Source: Candidatus Tayloriibacteriota bacterium
GTDB taxonomy: Bacteria > Patescibacteriota > Minisyncoccia > Phycocordibacterales > PALSA-1337
DNA: 64,000 nucleotides
NCBI GenBank assembly: GCA_003151615.1
Contig: PLXZ01000001.1
Location: forward strand, 244,318-308,317
Direction: 5' to 3'
Below are positions 20,036 to 31,007 of this stretch, piece by piece. The position numbers were made by a program, and so were the translations under genes. The notes beneath the pieces are model-generated. The model was given only the letters and a program-made list of their open reading frames with translations. It had not been told where the DNA came from and ran no database searches. How positions within the stretch are numbered: position 1 is the first letter of the stretch; each line of letters starts with the position of its first letter.

Positions 20036-20276
20036 CAATTCTATCAAGACCGTTACTATGGGAAAAAAACGCAACTGCTTCTCCTTGTCTGATGCCAACA
20101 TTGAAAGGCTTATCTCGTTAGGCTTCGAAATAGAGCACATTTTCCATAAACCACAGGATATCGAAGCTGTGTTTTCCGAGTCCGGGGAACTTATTGTGAC
20201 CCAAGCCAGAACGATAACTGTATTACCTCCAAACTACAAATCTGCCGGAACAGCCGGAAAAACCGCGAATAACTAA
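20036..20276 (+). pseudogene. 3' fragment of a PEP/pyruvate-binding (PPDK_N) domain protein, cut at repeat 1
   Basis: IEHIFHKPQDIE...VTQARTIT matches the end of the PPDK_N domain; N-terminus missing. Confidence 0.75.
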
Positions 20277-20301
20277 CAAATACTAAACACCAAACCAAAC
20301 T

Positions 20302-20883
20302 ATGAATAACCAACAAAAGTCTATTGTAATAATTGATTTCATCAATGAAATCATTGACTCAAAGGGGAAGCTCGCCGGCAAAGGCTATGCTGCATTTGAT
20401 GCGAAGCATGGGACTTTGGACAATGTAAAAAAACTCCAAGAATTTGGCCGAAGAAATCACATTCCAATTTTATTTGTCCGAGTGGGTTTTTCTTCTTCCT
20501 ATGTAGAGCATCCGGAGAACTCCCCGTTATTCGGAGGAGCAAAGAAATTCGGGGCGTTGCAACTCGGAACTTCGGCAACTGAATTCCATCCAAAAGTTGC
20601 CCCGATCTCGGGCGAAACCATTATTACAAAACATCGTGTTAGCGCATTTTACGGAACCTCGTTGGAATTAATTTTGAAGAATCTTCAAGTTAAAGAAGTT
20701 CTTCTCGCTGGCGTGGCGACTGATTTAGCGGTTCAGGCTGCGGCTCGAGATGCACATGATCGCGATTTTGCCGTCACAGTTGTTTCCGATTGTTGTGCAG
20801 CGGCAAATGAGGAAGATCACGAATTATCTATCAAGACAATTGCTAAGATCGCAAAAATTATAACGCTCAGCGACTTGACGTAA
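20302..20883 (+). CDS. isochorismatase/cysteine hydrolase (insert 1)
   Basis: IVIIDFIN, KHRVSAFYGT and ARDAHDRDF motifs; Ala at the usual catalytic Cys position. Confidence 0.9.
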   Translation: MNNQQKSIVIIDFINEIIDSKGKLAGKGYAAFDAKHGTLDNVKKLQEFGRRNHIPILFVRVGFSSSYVEHPENSPLFGGAKKFGALQLGTSATEFHPKVAPISGETIITKHRVSAFYGTSLELILKNLQVKEVLLAGVATDLAVQAAARDAHDRDFAVTVVSDCCAAANEEDHELSIKTIAKIAKIITLSDLT

Positions 20884-21110
20884 CTCGAATTTCCGTTTTG
20901 TAGGAATGTCATCGCCTCCTGACCATATATTTTGGCCATGGACACTACTCAAATAGCTTTAATTAGAAGCATACCGGGCGGTAATATCATTGTTCCGGCC
21001 AACGACCATTGGCCGGACGCTCCTCGTGGTATGCCCTCCGGATACCACCAATCAATCATCCAAGGGAATACGCCCTGCATAATAGTGTCGCAAAAAGGAG
21101 ATTGTGCAAC

Positions 21111-21294
21111 CAAATAAAACTTCGGTGACTCCATCCGTTGCAAGTTTGGTGAGGATGCGTTTGACTTCAGGCAACGGAGTCGGTGTTGCCTTTTCAAAAA
21201 GAGGATCAGCAGAATAGCAAAACGAACATTTCGCCGCGCAGCGAGTGCTGAAGTGCAGCGCAACGAAATCAAGATGAACTTTGTCGCCACTCAT
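21111..21294 (-). pseudogene. 5' fragment of a radical SAM protein, cut at repeat 2
   Basis: CAAKCSFC (CxxxCxxC); runs into the repeat after about 61 aa. Confidence 0.85.
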
Positions 21295-21300
21295 AAAATC

Positions 21301-22041
21301 TCATAGGCCGTTGTATTCAGGATTGCTTGGAGTGAGCACAAGCGACCGAACGTATGAAAATTCTTGACCAAGAATAAATTCAACAGCCTTGGCTAAATCT
21401 TTTGGATGTATCGCGCTATTTCCTTTGGAATTTATAAAGTCGGCGTCTGAAGTTCCATATTCAATATCGGCAGCAACGATGCCAGGACAAAGGTTGGTGG
21501 TTTTAATTCCTAATTTTGCAATTTCCGTTTGCAGAGCCGCTCCAAGACCATGCACAGCATATTTGGCAGAAATATAGGCTGACGGGCCAGTCATCACATT
21601 GTGCATTGGAAAACCCCAGTCTGCTACAATGTTAATAATACGCGCGTCTTTGCTATGTTTGAGAAAGGGGATTGCCTGACGGATCACATCAGCAGTTCCT
21701 ACGACACTGATTCGGAAGAATTCGGTGAGAGCATCACCGTCTATTTTAACAAGCTCGTTTTCCATCTTGCCGAATGCATTGCTAATGAGAACATCAATAA
21801 CATTGGTTTTTAATGACAACTCCTCAAACATTATTGAAATGCTTTTTGTATCTGCCAAATCGCAACGAAGAAGTGTAAAATCAGCAGACCCAAGCCCCTT
21901 TGCAAGGGCGTCCAGTTTTTTTTGATCACGGCCATGCAAATAAAGAGTGAAGCCGAGTTGAGCGAAGTGATGTGCCAAATAAGTTCCGATGCCAGATGTT
22001 GCACCAGTAATTAACATTTTCTTTTTCATCATAAAATTCAT
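21301..22041 (-). CDS. SDR family oxidoreductase (insert 2)
   Basis: ITGATSGIG and YISAK (YxxxK) motifs. Confidence 0.92.
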   Translation of the reverse strand: MNFMMKKKMLITGATSGIGTYLAHHFAQLGFTLYLHGRDQKKLDALAKGLGSADFTLLRCDLADTKSISIMFEELSLKTNVIDVLISNAFGKMENELVKIDGDALTEFFRISVVGTADVIRQAIPFLKHSKDARIINIVADWGFPMHNVMTGPSAYISAKYAVHGLGAALQTEIAKLGIKTTNLCPGIVAADIEYGTSDADFINSKGNSAIHPKDLAKAVEFILGQEFSYVRSLVLTPSNPEYNGL

Positions 22042-22283
22042 TTTTCTAAAATTACGTCGCCATTGAAATACGTTGTCTCCATTATATCCAACTTTTTTAG
22101 AATGTAAAGGATGGACTTGTATTGTGGCTGGCATTTTGGCAAAAATTGCTGTTGCGATATAAAAACACCATTCATCAATGCTTATCAGGGAATTCGAGCC
22201 TTTTTTGAAGTGAGCGTATATGAGTGCGGCTGCTCGTTCCGCTTCGTAGCCGTAGGTTTTAACTTCGTCTCCGTCTCCACGCT

Positions 22284-22539
22284 TTAATACACTTTAACAG
22301 CTAACGGCACAGCTCGTGATCTGGACCTGAATAATTTTCCAGGCTGCCATTGCCAAACGTTTAGTTTCCAAGCGGTAGGTTGCCCGGATGAGAGTAGCAT
22401 TAAAGGGGCGGCTATACGGGCTTTTTTAGACCGTGCGATCCGATGTAAAGTTTGAATGTCTTTTGCGCTCAAATTGGGCAATATTTGCCTTGGATGAGAA
22501 TGCCAATCCCCTAGATATGTCCATTTGCGACACGATGAC
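22284..22539 (-). pseudogene. 3' fragment of a Mov34/JAB domain protein, cut at repeat 3
   Basis: YLGDWHSHP......S..D motif; N-terminus missing. Confidence 0.82.
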
Positions 22540-22655
22540 CCTGCATAATAGTGTCGCAAAAAGGAGATTGTGCAACCAAATTTGACGGTGCGGATTCAAG
22601 GGGCGATTGGCCCGAGTTCAGTCCAAATAAAATAACAACTTTGAATCGAATCCGT

Positions 22656-23528
22656 ATGACATCATATACTAGAACAAAAAGTATCAGCTCGGATCTTGCC
22701 GATGGTTATGAGAATCTTCGAATTGCATTTGAAAAGCTGGGAGTAAAAATGGACTCTCCATCCATGGACGGCTTCCTGCGAAGAATTTTGTTCCCAGACG
22801 GCAGAAAGATATTTTTCACCGCGAATGCACTTCCATTAAATTGCGCCTCAGCGGTATCACTGGCACATGACAAATTAGCAACATATCAGGTTCTTATTGA
22901 AGAAGGCATTGCTATTCCAAAAGGAATCGCCTTTTTTGCTAGCGAGTTTCATCGTCGTCAAACACAAGCAGAACCTCAATTACTTCTCGAAAATTTACCT
23001 TCAGCAATCCTCGAACACTTTCCGGACATTACAGCGGCGAATTTTAAAGTGATTATTAAACCCGGACAGGGAAGGTGCGGCTATATGGTTAATATCTGCA
23101 AAACTCTTTTTGAAATCCAGTCATTCGCGAGAGATATTTTAACATCGTTTCATTATGGCTTAATCCAAGAATACATAAATGGGCCAGAGTATCGTGTTGT
23201 CATTTTGGATGAAAATCCCATTATCATATATCAAAAATGTTTAAGCCGTCTTGAAAAGGGGGAGAATGATAACCCCGTGCGTGGTGATACTGGCATTTCT
23301 ATTGAACTGGCAAAGGCACCTTTTGAAGTCATCGAAATTGCAAAGAAAGCTCATCGGGCTCTTGGCCTACGGTTTTCAGGTATAGATGTTTGTCTCCCTC
23401 AAAATATTCCGCCAGCAATAGTATTAGAAGTCAATTCGAGTCCTGGTTTTGATGCCTTGGAAGACGATTTTAATTTTGACGCGGAAAAATTAGCGGGTAT
23501 AATTGCAAAAGCGGTGCTTGCCACTTAA
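22656..23528 (+). CDS. ATP-grasp (RimK-like) ligase (insert 3)
   Basis: HDKLATY, IIKP..G..G, IQEYING.EYRV and LEVNSSPG motifs. Confidence 0.9.
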   Translation: MTSYTRTKSISSDLADGYENLRIAFEKLGVKMDSPSMDGFLRRILFPDGRKIFFTANALPLNCASAVSLAHDKLATYQVLIEEGIAIPKGIAFFASEFHRRQTQAEPQLLLENLPSAILEHFPDITAANFKVIIKPGQGRCGYMVNICKTLFEIQSFARDILTSFHYGLIQEYINGPEYRVVILDENPIIIYQKCLSRLEKGENDNPVRGDTGISIELAKAPFEVIEIAKKAHRALGLRFSGIDVCLPQNIPPAIVLEVNSSPGFDALEDDFNFDAEKLAGIIAKAVLAT

Positions 23529-23566
23529 TTTGTGTTAAAATTGTGCAAGTTTAGCTTCAAATTCTT

Positions 23567-23935
23567 ATGACGAATCAAAACCATAACATTCCTCGATTAA
23601 ACCTTGTTGCCATTCGGAGCCATCATCTTCAACTTTCTGTCCAGTTTTACTCGCTATTGGGACTGATTTTTGTGAAGGAGTGCCATGGAAAAGGACCTGA
23701 ACACTATTCTGCAAATAACGGTTCTTATGTTTTTGAAATATATCCTTCTAACGGTTCCGCGTCAGTTGAAAATGTTGTGCGCGTTGGGTTCTACATCAAA
23801 CACTTTAATGAGATTCTTGACACGCTGAACAAAAATGGGGCAATCCTACAGGTGCCGCCAAAAATTTCTCCGTGGGGAAGACGAATGGTCGTGCTTGATC
23901 CAGACAACAATCGTGTCGAGTTAATAGAAGAATAA
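23567..23935 (+). CDS. VOC/glyoxalase family protein
   Basis: FYSLLGL and SPWGRRMVVLDPDNNRVEL motifs. Confidence 0.9.
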   Translation: MTNQNHNIPRLNLVAIRSHHLQLSVQFYSLLGLIFVKECHGKGPEHYSANNGSYVFEIYPSNGSASVENVVRVGFYIKHFNEILDTLNKNGAILQVPPKISPWGRRMVVLDPDNNRVELIEE

Positions 23936-23945
23936 TCGTTTTGTC

Positions 23946-24634
23946 GTGAAATCGCATTGCAATCATGATTATGATGTCCTTGTAGTAGGTGCTGGCCCAG
24001 CCGGTTTGACTATAGCAAACCTTTTAGCCAGGACAAGTTTGAAATTTACCATTATCGAAAAAGAGACTTCTGGCCAAAGGCCAAGCCGAGCGACCGGTTT
24101 ACAACCCAGGCTTTTAGAAATCTTCGAATATATTGGCATCAAGGATCAGGTCATTAAGCGAGCTATCACACTGAAGGGAAGCCAGATATTTGTTGATGGA
24201 AACCAAACTGCCACGGTGTCCTTTTATGATCCAGTTACTAATTCGCACTCGCTTTCTTTAGATCAAGGTGTAATCGAAGCAATGCTTGCCGCAACCTTTC
24301 AGAAAGGTGGAGGCGTCATCGAGTGGGGCAAGCGTCTTGTGGGTCTACGACGGAAAAATGACCGCTGGATGGCAGATATTGCGACAACGATTCCCTCCCT
24401 TGAATATATTACCGCAGACATTATCATTGCATGTGATGGAGGCAAAAGCACTGTGAGAAAATTTGCAAACATTGAGTTTGTCGGGGAAACGTATTCAGAG
24501 ACTTCATTTATTTCTGATTGTCGCATCAGTTCCGATCTCAAGCCACAATATGTTTGCTTTTTATTTTCCAAAGAATATAGGCTCGTGTTAGTTCCATTCT
24601 CTCAGAGTAAATACAAAGTCAGTGGTGGTATGCA
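23946..24634 (+). pseudogene. 5' fragment of an FAD-dependent monooxygenase, cut at repeat 4
   Basis: VVGAGPAGL and ACDGGKSTVR present; the downstream GDAAH motif is absent because the ORF enters the repeat. Confidence 0.88.
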
Positions 24635-24671
24635 CCTGCATAATAGTGTCGCAAAAAGGAGATTGTGCAAC

Positions 24672-25224
24672 TGGGCATGACAAGGCGAATCTGCTCGGTT
24701 CGTTGCTGACAACACAATTTCAACTTGGCGCAATGGCGCGGGCGAACCGGCCAGAGGAGGAACGTCGTGATTTTTATCTCTTCATTGACGAATTTCAGAA
24801 CTTTTCGACCGATGCTTTTGCTTCGATTCTGGCCGAAGCCCGCAAATACCGCTCCTGTCTTACGCTGTCACACCAATACATTGACCAGTTGCCGCTGCCG
24901 ATCCGGCAGGCGGTTTTTGGCAATGCCGGAACTCTGATTTCATTTCGCATCGGCAACACCGATGCCGAGGTGATGGAAAAGGAATTCGGCGGCGCATTCC
25001 CGGCGGCTGTGCTCGTTGACCTTGACCGCTATGAGGCGGCGGTGAAGTTGCTTGAAGACGGAATGAACCGGGAACCGTTTCGGGCGAAGATGCTGCCGCC
25101 GCTGGAAAATCGCGTTGGCCGGAAGGACAAACTCATCACACTGTCGCGCGAGCGGTTTGCCATGCCGCGCGCGAAGATTGATGAAAAGTTGAAGCGGTGG
25201 ATGGATTCGATGGTTGCTCAATGA
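24672..25224 (+). pseudogene. 3' fragment of a VirD4/TraD-like coupling ATPase, cut at repeat 4
   Basis: FYLFIDEFQNF, EARKY and HQYIDQL motifs; Walker A region missing. Confidence 0.88.
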
Positions 25225-25236
25225 CAGAGTGTTTAT

Positions 25237-25797
25237 TTATTCATGGCCGAAGCAAAGTTGTTTCATGCCATCCCAAGCGTAAACCAATGCTGATATTACC
25301 GTGCAAACCGCGCACACAAGGAACCAATGCATATTAAGACTTCGATCCCATTTCAACAAAATCAAAAAAATAAGAATCATTTGTGACCCAGTCGCAATTT
25401 TCCCAATGATGTGTGGATTCACTGAAACCTTTCCGACAATCGTGCGTATAATTGTAAAACCAACGAGTAGTAACAAGTCCTGTCCGATTATCACACCAAA
25501 GAGCCAGAGCGGAATATAGTCTAAATAAATACCGTGATAAAAGCTCAAGATGATAATACCTACCGCAAGTAGCAATTTATCCGCAAGCGGATCAAGGATA
25601 GCCCCGATTTCGCTTTTCTGATTGAAGTGTCGAGCAATAAACCCATCCATCAAATCCAAAATTAATATGGCTATTAAAGAGGCTATTGCCAATACATGAT
25701 AAATATTTTCTCCATAGAAAACATAACAAATCAGTCCGATGGAAAAATATGGTATCAGTAAAATGCGCAAAATGGTGATTTTGTTCGCAGTCGTCAT
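25237..25797 (-). CDS. CDP-alcohol phosphatidyltransferase (PgsA-like) (insert 4)
   Basis: ANKITILR and DLMDGFIAR...GAILDPLADK motifs. Confidence 0.92.
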   Translation of the reverse strand: MTTANKITILRILLIPYFSIGLICYVFYGENIYHVLAIASLIAILILDLMDGFIARHFNQKSEIGAILDPLADKLLLAVGIIILSFYHGIYLDYIPLWLFGVIIGQDLLLLVGFTIIRTIVGKVSVNPHIIGKIATGSQMILIFLILLKWDRSLNMHWFLVCAVCTVISALVYAWDGMKQLCFGHE

Positions 25798-25985
25798 GGT
25801 GTTACACGACCCTCTTATACTACCAATTGTTAATGCCATGATTGTTGAAATAATAGCGTAAACATTCAATTGCAACAATAGTAGGCCGAACTTTCTACCT
25901 TTGTAAAAGAATGCGCGACTGGCTTGCCGCAAAGCGCAAACCTTGACGCCTACCGTGACTGCCTGGCATCGTGCAAAATGGCGCG

Positions 25986-26143
25986 ATGGAATCACGTCTG
26001 CCCCGTTTCAACCGCGCGCCCATCGTTGCCCCCATGCAGCTTGAGGAGCGCGACCGCCAGATCATCCGGCTCATTCACCGGCATCGTTTTCTCCGTTCCG
26101 ACCACATTGTTTCGTTCATCGGCGGCAGCCAGCAGCAGATTTT
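25986..26143 (+). pseudogene. 5' fragment of a replication-relaxation (Replic_Relax) family protein, cut at repeat 5
   Basis: L.ERDRQIIRLIHRHRFLRSDHI N-terminal signature; close to the coupling-protein gene. Confidence 0.75.
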
Positions 26144-26180
26144 CCTGCATAATAGTGTCGCAAAAAGGAGATTGTGCAAC

Positions 26181-27162
26181 AACGCAATAGAGCCTGGGTC
26201 GAGCCAATTACCAATGCCGTAAGTATAGTCACCAATACCATGCCTGCCAGATTTACCTTGATAACAAATAGCAAAAGGACGCAAATCCAAATGACTATGC
26301 ACCAAGAGAGAATCCTAATTGTTCCCCGCTGCGCCGCCGCCCGGCACATGAAATAGGTGAATGGAAACGCAAGCAATTGAACACCGAGAAGGAATCCGCC
26401 AATGACACTTGTGGAAAGTTTCAATTCCTGTGAAGCGTAAAGTGCGGTAAAAGAAATGACAGCTCCTATCGTATCAGCAATTAGGAAGTAGCCCAACAAC
26501 AAGCCGATGCGATCCCTATTTAACGCTGCAAACATCTCACGAACAGTTATTCTAGGCCGCCCGCGGGCTTTCAAAAGCGGTCGCCGGAGCAAGATCAAGG
26601 CAAGGACTCCAAAAAAAGAATAAAACAGGGACGTAAACAAATAAGGCAGTTTTGAATTTAATCCGAAAGAATTTTGCAAAAAAAACACTACCATAAAACA
26701 CAGGATGCCGCCTAAATAGCCAAACCCCCACGCAAAGCCCGAAAAAGATGCCTTGTCCTTTCCAGTGACAAGGCTATTTAGCAATGAATTATAAATGTTT
26801 CCAGTCAGATAAAAAAGAGCGTTTGCAACAATAAATGCACCCACAATGTGCCAGTAAGATTTACCTATAACGAGAGACAGGGCTAACCCTGAAATAAAAG
26901 AGACGGCGGCTACAATTGAAAAAACATTCCATCTGCCGTTTCGATCAGCCCATCGGCCTGCAAATGGTCCAGCAAGAACAGCAATTAGCGCCGATGCTGA
27001 AAGCAAGATGCCCCATGACAAATCACTGTTTGTTCCCGGCTTGAAAACGAACTGGTAAAGGTAAAGCGGGAACAAATATGCATGAAATATGAGCGTGAAG
27101 GCCGAGCTGGCAAAATCAAACAGGCTGTATGCAACCAGCGGCTTGAGGTTGCTATTGTGCAT
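26181..27162 (-). pseudogene. MFS transporter (UMF1-like), C-terminus cut at repeat 5
   Basis: YSLFDFASSAF and GFGYLGG motifs; ends at GSTQALLR without the last TMs. Confidence 0.85.
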
Positions 27163-28177
27163 CGTAAGGATGATACCAGAAATCCTCCTGCACGATAAGA
27201 TGAACCAGACACGAAAATTGCATTTTTACATCTGCTGGCAGCGGCAAAAGTGAAATACATTCTTCAACTGTTGCCTCCGCTTGTGTCAGTGTATTCAATG
27301 CGAATTCGCGGACATCTTTTGTCCAGATTTTCTCAAGAAGTTTTAACCACTGGTCGCAAGTCAGCATTCGTTGATCCAGTTCTGTGTTAATATCCGAGGT
27401 GCCATGAAGCCGAAGGTAAATAGCCAATGGAAAGGAAAATGTGATGCGCCAAGAATCGCCGGCGGCGTGCCGTTTGCGAAGATTGTCAGGCTGCAAATCA
27501 TGATAGTCGTTTGAAAGTTGATAGAGTTTTCCCATGGCATGACCAAGTTTTTGAAAGCTGTCACCGAGATCGTTTCGGTTTGCAATCACGGCAGCGGAAG
27601 CAAAACTATACTCGAACATTGCGCTGGTTTTTTGATAAATTTGCTCGTTGTATCCCTTGCATATCCATTTGTTTATTGGTTCAACCATTAGGACATCATA
27701 CATCTCGCCGATTGTTAGCTGGCGATAAGTCTTGAGAAGTAGCTTGAGTATTTCTGGTTGATCTATGACTAAATTTATTGCTTCAGCACATAGAAAGTGC
27801 GCTTGAAGGGCTGAAGCCGGGGTTCCTATATTTGCTTGAGATGATTGGTGGCCATGCCTCACATCATCCCCGTCCAATATATCATCCACCAATATGGAGG
27901 CGGCATGGCACATCTCAATGCTTAAGCAGATGTCGAGAAGCATTTTTTCAGGAAGATTTCCAGCAATGTTCGTCGCAGTTTTAAGAAATAAGTAAGATCT
28001 GATTTTCCTGCCCTTCTCAATTCTTTTCAAAATTTCACTTCCCAGAAAAGTATCCGAATAAAGGTCTGCTATTCGCTTGGCAAGCTCTCGGTTAAGTGAA
28101 ACACGAAACTGCCCTAAATGCTCTACGCACGTCATGGTTTCGGTCGTAAAATCTTTTTGTGTTTTGGTTGATGTCAT
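27152..28177 (-). CDS. polyprenyl synthetase family protein (insert 5)
   Basis: HAASILVDDILDGD..R, KT and YQLSNDYHD motifs. Confidence 0.9.
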   Translation of the reverse strand: MTSTKTQKDFTTETMTCVEHLGQFRVSLNRELAKRIADLYSDTFLGSEILKRIEKGRKIRSYLFLKTATNIAGNLPEKMLLDICLSIEMCHAASILVDDILDGDDVRHGHQSSQANIGTPASALQAHFLCAEAINLVIDQPEILKLLLKTYRQLTIGEMYDVLMVEPINKWICKGYNEQIYQKTSAMFEYSFASAAVIANRNDLGDSFQKLGHAMGKLYQLSNDYHDLQPDNLRKRHAAGDSWRITFSFPLAIYLRLHGTSDINTELDQRMLTCDQWLKLLEKIWTKDVREFALNTLTQAEATVEECISLLPLPADVKMQFSCLVHLIVQEDFWYHPYDAQ

Positions 28178-28188
28178 AAAATTTATAA

Positions 28189-28794
28189 TTAAGGGGATTC
28201 GGCAGGCTTTTTGCGTTCTGTAATACTAATCAAGAAATGTTGAATTGCCCAACCGATTGAGCAGCCAACTATTGAGCTAATCCAAATAAATAATTCTCGC
28301 CCCCAGTCAGGAGTATAGCAAACCATGATTAAAGCAACAATTGCCACAGAAAGTGCGGCTATGAATTTAATTCTCGGTGAACGCGGCACAATAGTCGCCA
28401 CTGGAAACAATACCAAATATGCAGAACCGTAGAGACTTTTATTTAGACCACCCGTGTGGGCTGTCCACCAGCCAAATATCGATACGGTTTCGATAAAAAA
28501 CAGGACGTTCAAGAAGTCTCGAAGTTTAATGCGTTGATTGAAGTAAATGGCAGCCACACCGGTTGTGGCTTGGAAGATTAAAAACAATGCTTCATGACCG
28601 TGGCCAGTAACTAAATTATCCAGCCACGGCGTGCATATTGATTTTGGCGGAGAAATTCCAGCAAGCCCCGTGTTTTCTCCAGCAAATACTAGCAAGCAAA
28701 GGATTCCATCAGCAATGAAAATGAAAAGTGTCACCCAGACCGGATCGAGTGATTCATTTCGGTTAGACACTGTCATACAGGAAATCAATGCCAT
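28189..28794 (-). CDS. hypothetical membrane protein
   Basis: Multi-TM ORF co-oriented with the prenyl synthetase. Confidence 0.6.
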   Translation of the reverse strand: MALISCMTVSNRNESLDPVWVTLFIFIADGILCLLVFAGENTGLAGISPPKSICTPWLDNLVTGHGHEALFLIFQATTGVAAIYFNQRIKLRDFLNVLFFIETVSIFGWWTAHTGGLNKSLYGSAYLVLFPVATIVPRSPRIKFIAALSVAIVALIMVCYTPDWGRELFIWISSIVGCSIGWAIQHFLISITERKKPAESP

Positions 28795-29184
28795 CAGACA
28801 ATACGGAGGTCAAGCATTTTGTATTTTTTGATTTTATATTGCAACGGCACACGTTCTTTTTGGTGAAAGCTTCTGCTTTGATCTGCAAAAAGTCGGAGGT
28901 GGGCAGCGGCTATTTTGGCGCATCACCTCTTATTGCTGAACTGCCGGAGCCGGAGTTTGCCCAATCACCCCCTGAATGCGAACCGTCAAATTTGACACCC
29001 CGCTTTGAAGCTGGGCTAAAAGTTTATCGTTCATATCGGCGATTTTTGATTTGCCTGCATAATAGTGTCGCAAAAAGGAGATTGTGCAACCCCCCCGACT
29101 GTTGATTATCCAACTGTTTTGGAAAGCAGTATTCTTAATAAAAATGGAGGCAAAAGTTCAATAGGATGTTGTCCAACGAAATGA

Positions 29185-29583
29185 ATGAAAAAGATTTTTA
29201 TAGCCATTATAGTTACATCTTGGCTCGTAATTTTTGCCTTGGGAATAATTCTGTCGCTGGCTACGCCGCATTATATGCAAATGAGTGCGGGAACGATAAA
29301 AGCCAAAAAAGTAAGTATAGAAGGTCAGCCTTTTATCAGAATTGATGGCGAAGCGATGAATTATTTGGGACAGTTTCAGTTGATAAACGTGGATTGTGAT
29401 GATTCCAGCAAGCGAATCACGGTCACTTGTTGCATTATTTATAAGAATCCATTCAGCAAAATTGTGTTAGGTGATGGTTGGCCGGTTTTTTGCCCACTCG
29501 AAGGTGCAAAGCCTGGAAAATACTCCGTGGTTTATAAAAGTTCAGAAGGAGAACAGACAGCCGGGACATTTGATGTCCCGTAA
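29185..29583 (+). CDS. hypothetical exported protein (paralog A)
   Basis: N-terminal TM; similar to 29621-30025. Confidence 0.75.
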   Translation: MKKIFIAIIVTSWLVIFALGIILSLATPHYMQMSAGTIKAKKVSIEGQPFIRIDGEAMNYLGQFQLINVDCDDSSKRITVTCCIIYKNPFSKIVLGDGWPVFCPLEGAKPGKYSVVYKSSEGEQTAGTFDVP

Positions 29584-29620
29584 TCTGCTTTCCAATTGAC
29601 TGCCCAGTGAAACCGTCAAA

Positions 29621-30025
29621 ATGAAAAAGAGATTGTTAGTAGCGTTCGTTTTTACGATTTTGACTTTGATTATCATTGCCGCAGGAGTTGTCCTTCGACT
29701 TGCCACGCCCGCAGAATGGCCAATTCAGGCAGGAACATTAAAAATTGAAAGCTTTAAGATTGGAGATCAGCCATTCGTGATGATAGAAGGGCAGCCGATG
29801 AATTATTTCGGACAAATTCAATCAATCAATGTTGATTTTGACGGAACGAGTAATCGCCTTATTGTTAGCCGATGTCTGGTTCGATGGAATCCATTCAACA
29901 AAATTATTGTAAATAATCAATGGCCCGTCGTTTATCCTCTTGATGGCATAAAAGCAGGTAAATACGCCGTCGTCTACAAAAGCACAGAAGGCGAAACAAC
30001 AGCCGGAACTTTTGATATTCCATAA
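29621..30025 (+). CDS. hypothetical exported protein (paralog B)
   Basis: Shares MNY.GQ.Q.INVD and GKY.VVYKS.EGE.TAGTFD.P with paralog A. Confidence 0.75.
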   Translation: MKKRLLVAFVFTILTLIIIAAGVVLRLATPAEWPIQAGTLKIESFKIGDQPFVMIEGQPMNYFGQIQSINVDFDGTSNRLIVSRCLVRWNPFNKIIVNNQWPVVYPLDGIKAGKYAVVYKSTEGETTAGTFDIP

Positions 30026-30414
30026 CCAAAACAAGTTTTCAATTGACTGCCTACCTCAATCGCCGATAAATGGAACACTCCCGATGAGTATCACCGTCAA
30101 GTTATAGGAGGGTTGCGGCTAGGATTATTCCGAATCCACACTGACCGGACGGTTGTTTTGAACAGTTTGCGCAATTATGGTGAATAAATCGGACGCAATG
30201 TTGCGATAGTAGTTGTGCATTGAAAATAAGAGTCCTCCATGATTGCTTCTCCGGTTTTTTGGTAAACGTCGCTTTAATGTTTTCCGCCGTCATATAACGT
30301 GATGTAATCCTTCTGTTTTTTTGATCAAACAATTCTCCACTTGCCATCGACGCCGTTGGCATATCGCAGCAACCCCAAGTTCCCATCCTTAACCGTAAAT
30401 AACACGAGAGCAAC

Positions 30415-30540
30415 TCACCAGAATCGCCCCTTTTTCATGTTGCCGCTTCCGGCAATTCTGCCCGTCTTCATCGAAAGGCTGCGGGGAGATACGCTTCAGG
30501 GTGGCAGTTCATTTCAAACCAACAACCAAAGGAGAAAACT
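30415..30540 (+). promoter_or_regulatory. conserved ~125-bp upstream element, copy 1
   Basis: Near-identical to 32103-32232; ends in an RBS. Confidence 0.75.
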
Positions 30541-30978
30541 ATGCCCAACTGGTGCAACAACAAGCTCGTCGTGCTTGGACCCGACGAGGACGTTGAACGG
30601 TTCAAGAAAACAGCCATCGGCAATTCGCCGTGGCACACGAAAGAAGAAAAGAAAAGCGTCCTCAACTTCCACAGCCTCGTGCCCGTCCCGCCGGAGATTG
30701 TATCGGCTGGCTATGGGGAGGCCGGTTACGAATGGGAACGGCAAAACTGGGGCTGCAAATGGGGCGCGTGTCATACCCGACTGGTGGACGGACGGAAAGG
30801 CCACCTCGAATACAGCTTCGAAACCCCGTGGTGTCCGCCCATTCCGTTTCTCGAAAAGCTGGGACGGGAGTGGCCGATGCTCACGTTCCTCCTCGACTAC
30901 GAAGAACCGGGCATGAGCTACAAGGGCATCGCCAAAGTTCATGGCGAGGCCGTTGAAGATCATTGCTTCGACCTCTGA
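30541..30978 (+). CDS. DUF1281/YubB-like plasmid/ICE protein
   Basis: MPNWCNNKL, W...NWGCKW and FETPWCPP motifs. Confidence 0.8.
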   Translation: MPNWCNNKLVVLGPDEDVERFKKTAIGNSPWHTKEEKKSVLNFHSLVPVPPEIVSAGYGEAGYEWERQNWGCKWGACHTRLVDGRKGHLEYSFETPWCPPIPFLEKLGREWPMLTFLLDYEEPGMSYKGIAKVHGEAVEDHCFDL

Positions 30979-31007
30979 AACACAAACAACCAACAGAAAG
31001 GAAAATT

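Noticed and set aside
20949-21290. Short ORFs sharing VAQSPFCDTIMQ, LHNSVAKRRLCN or CTISFLRHYYAG peptides as a protein family
   Set aside because: These are translations of the DNA repeat in different frames.
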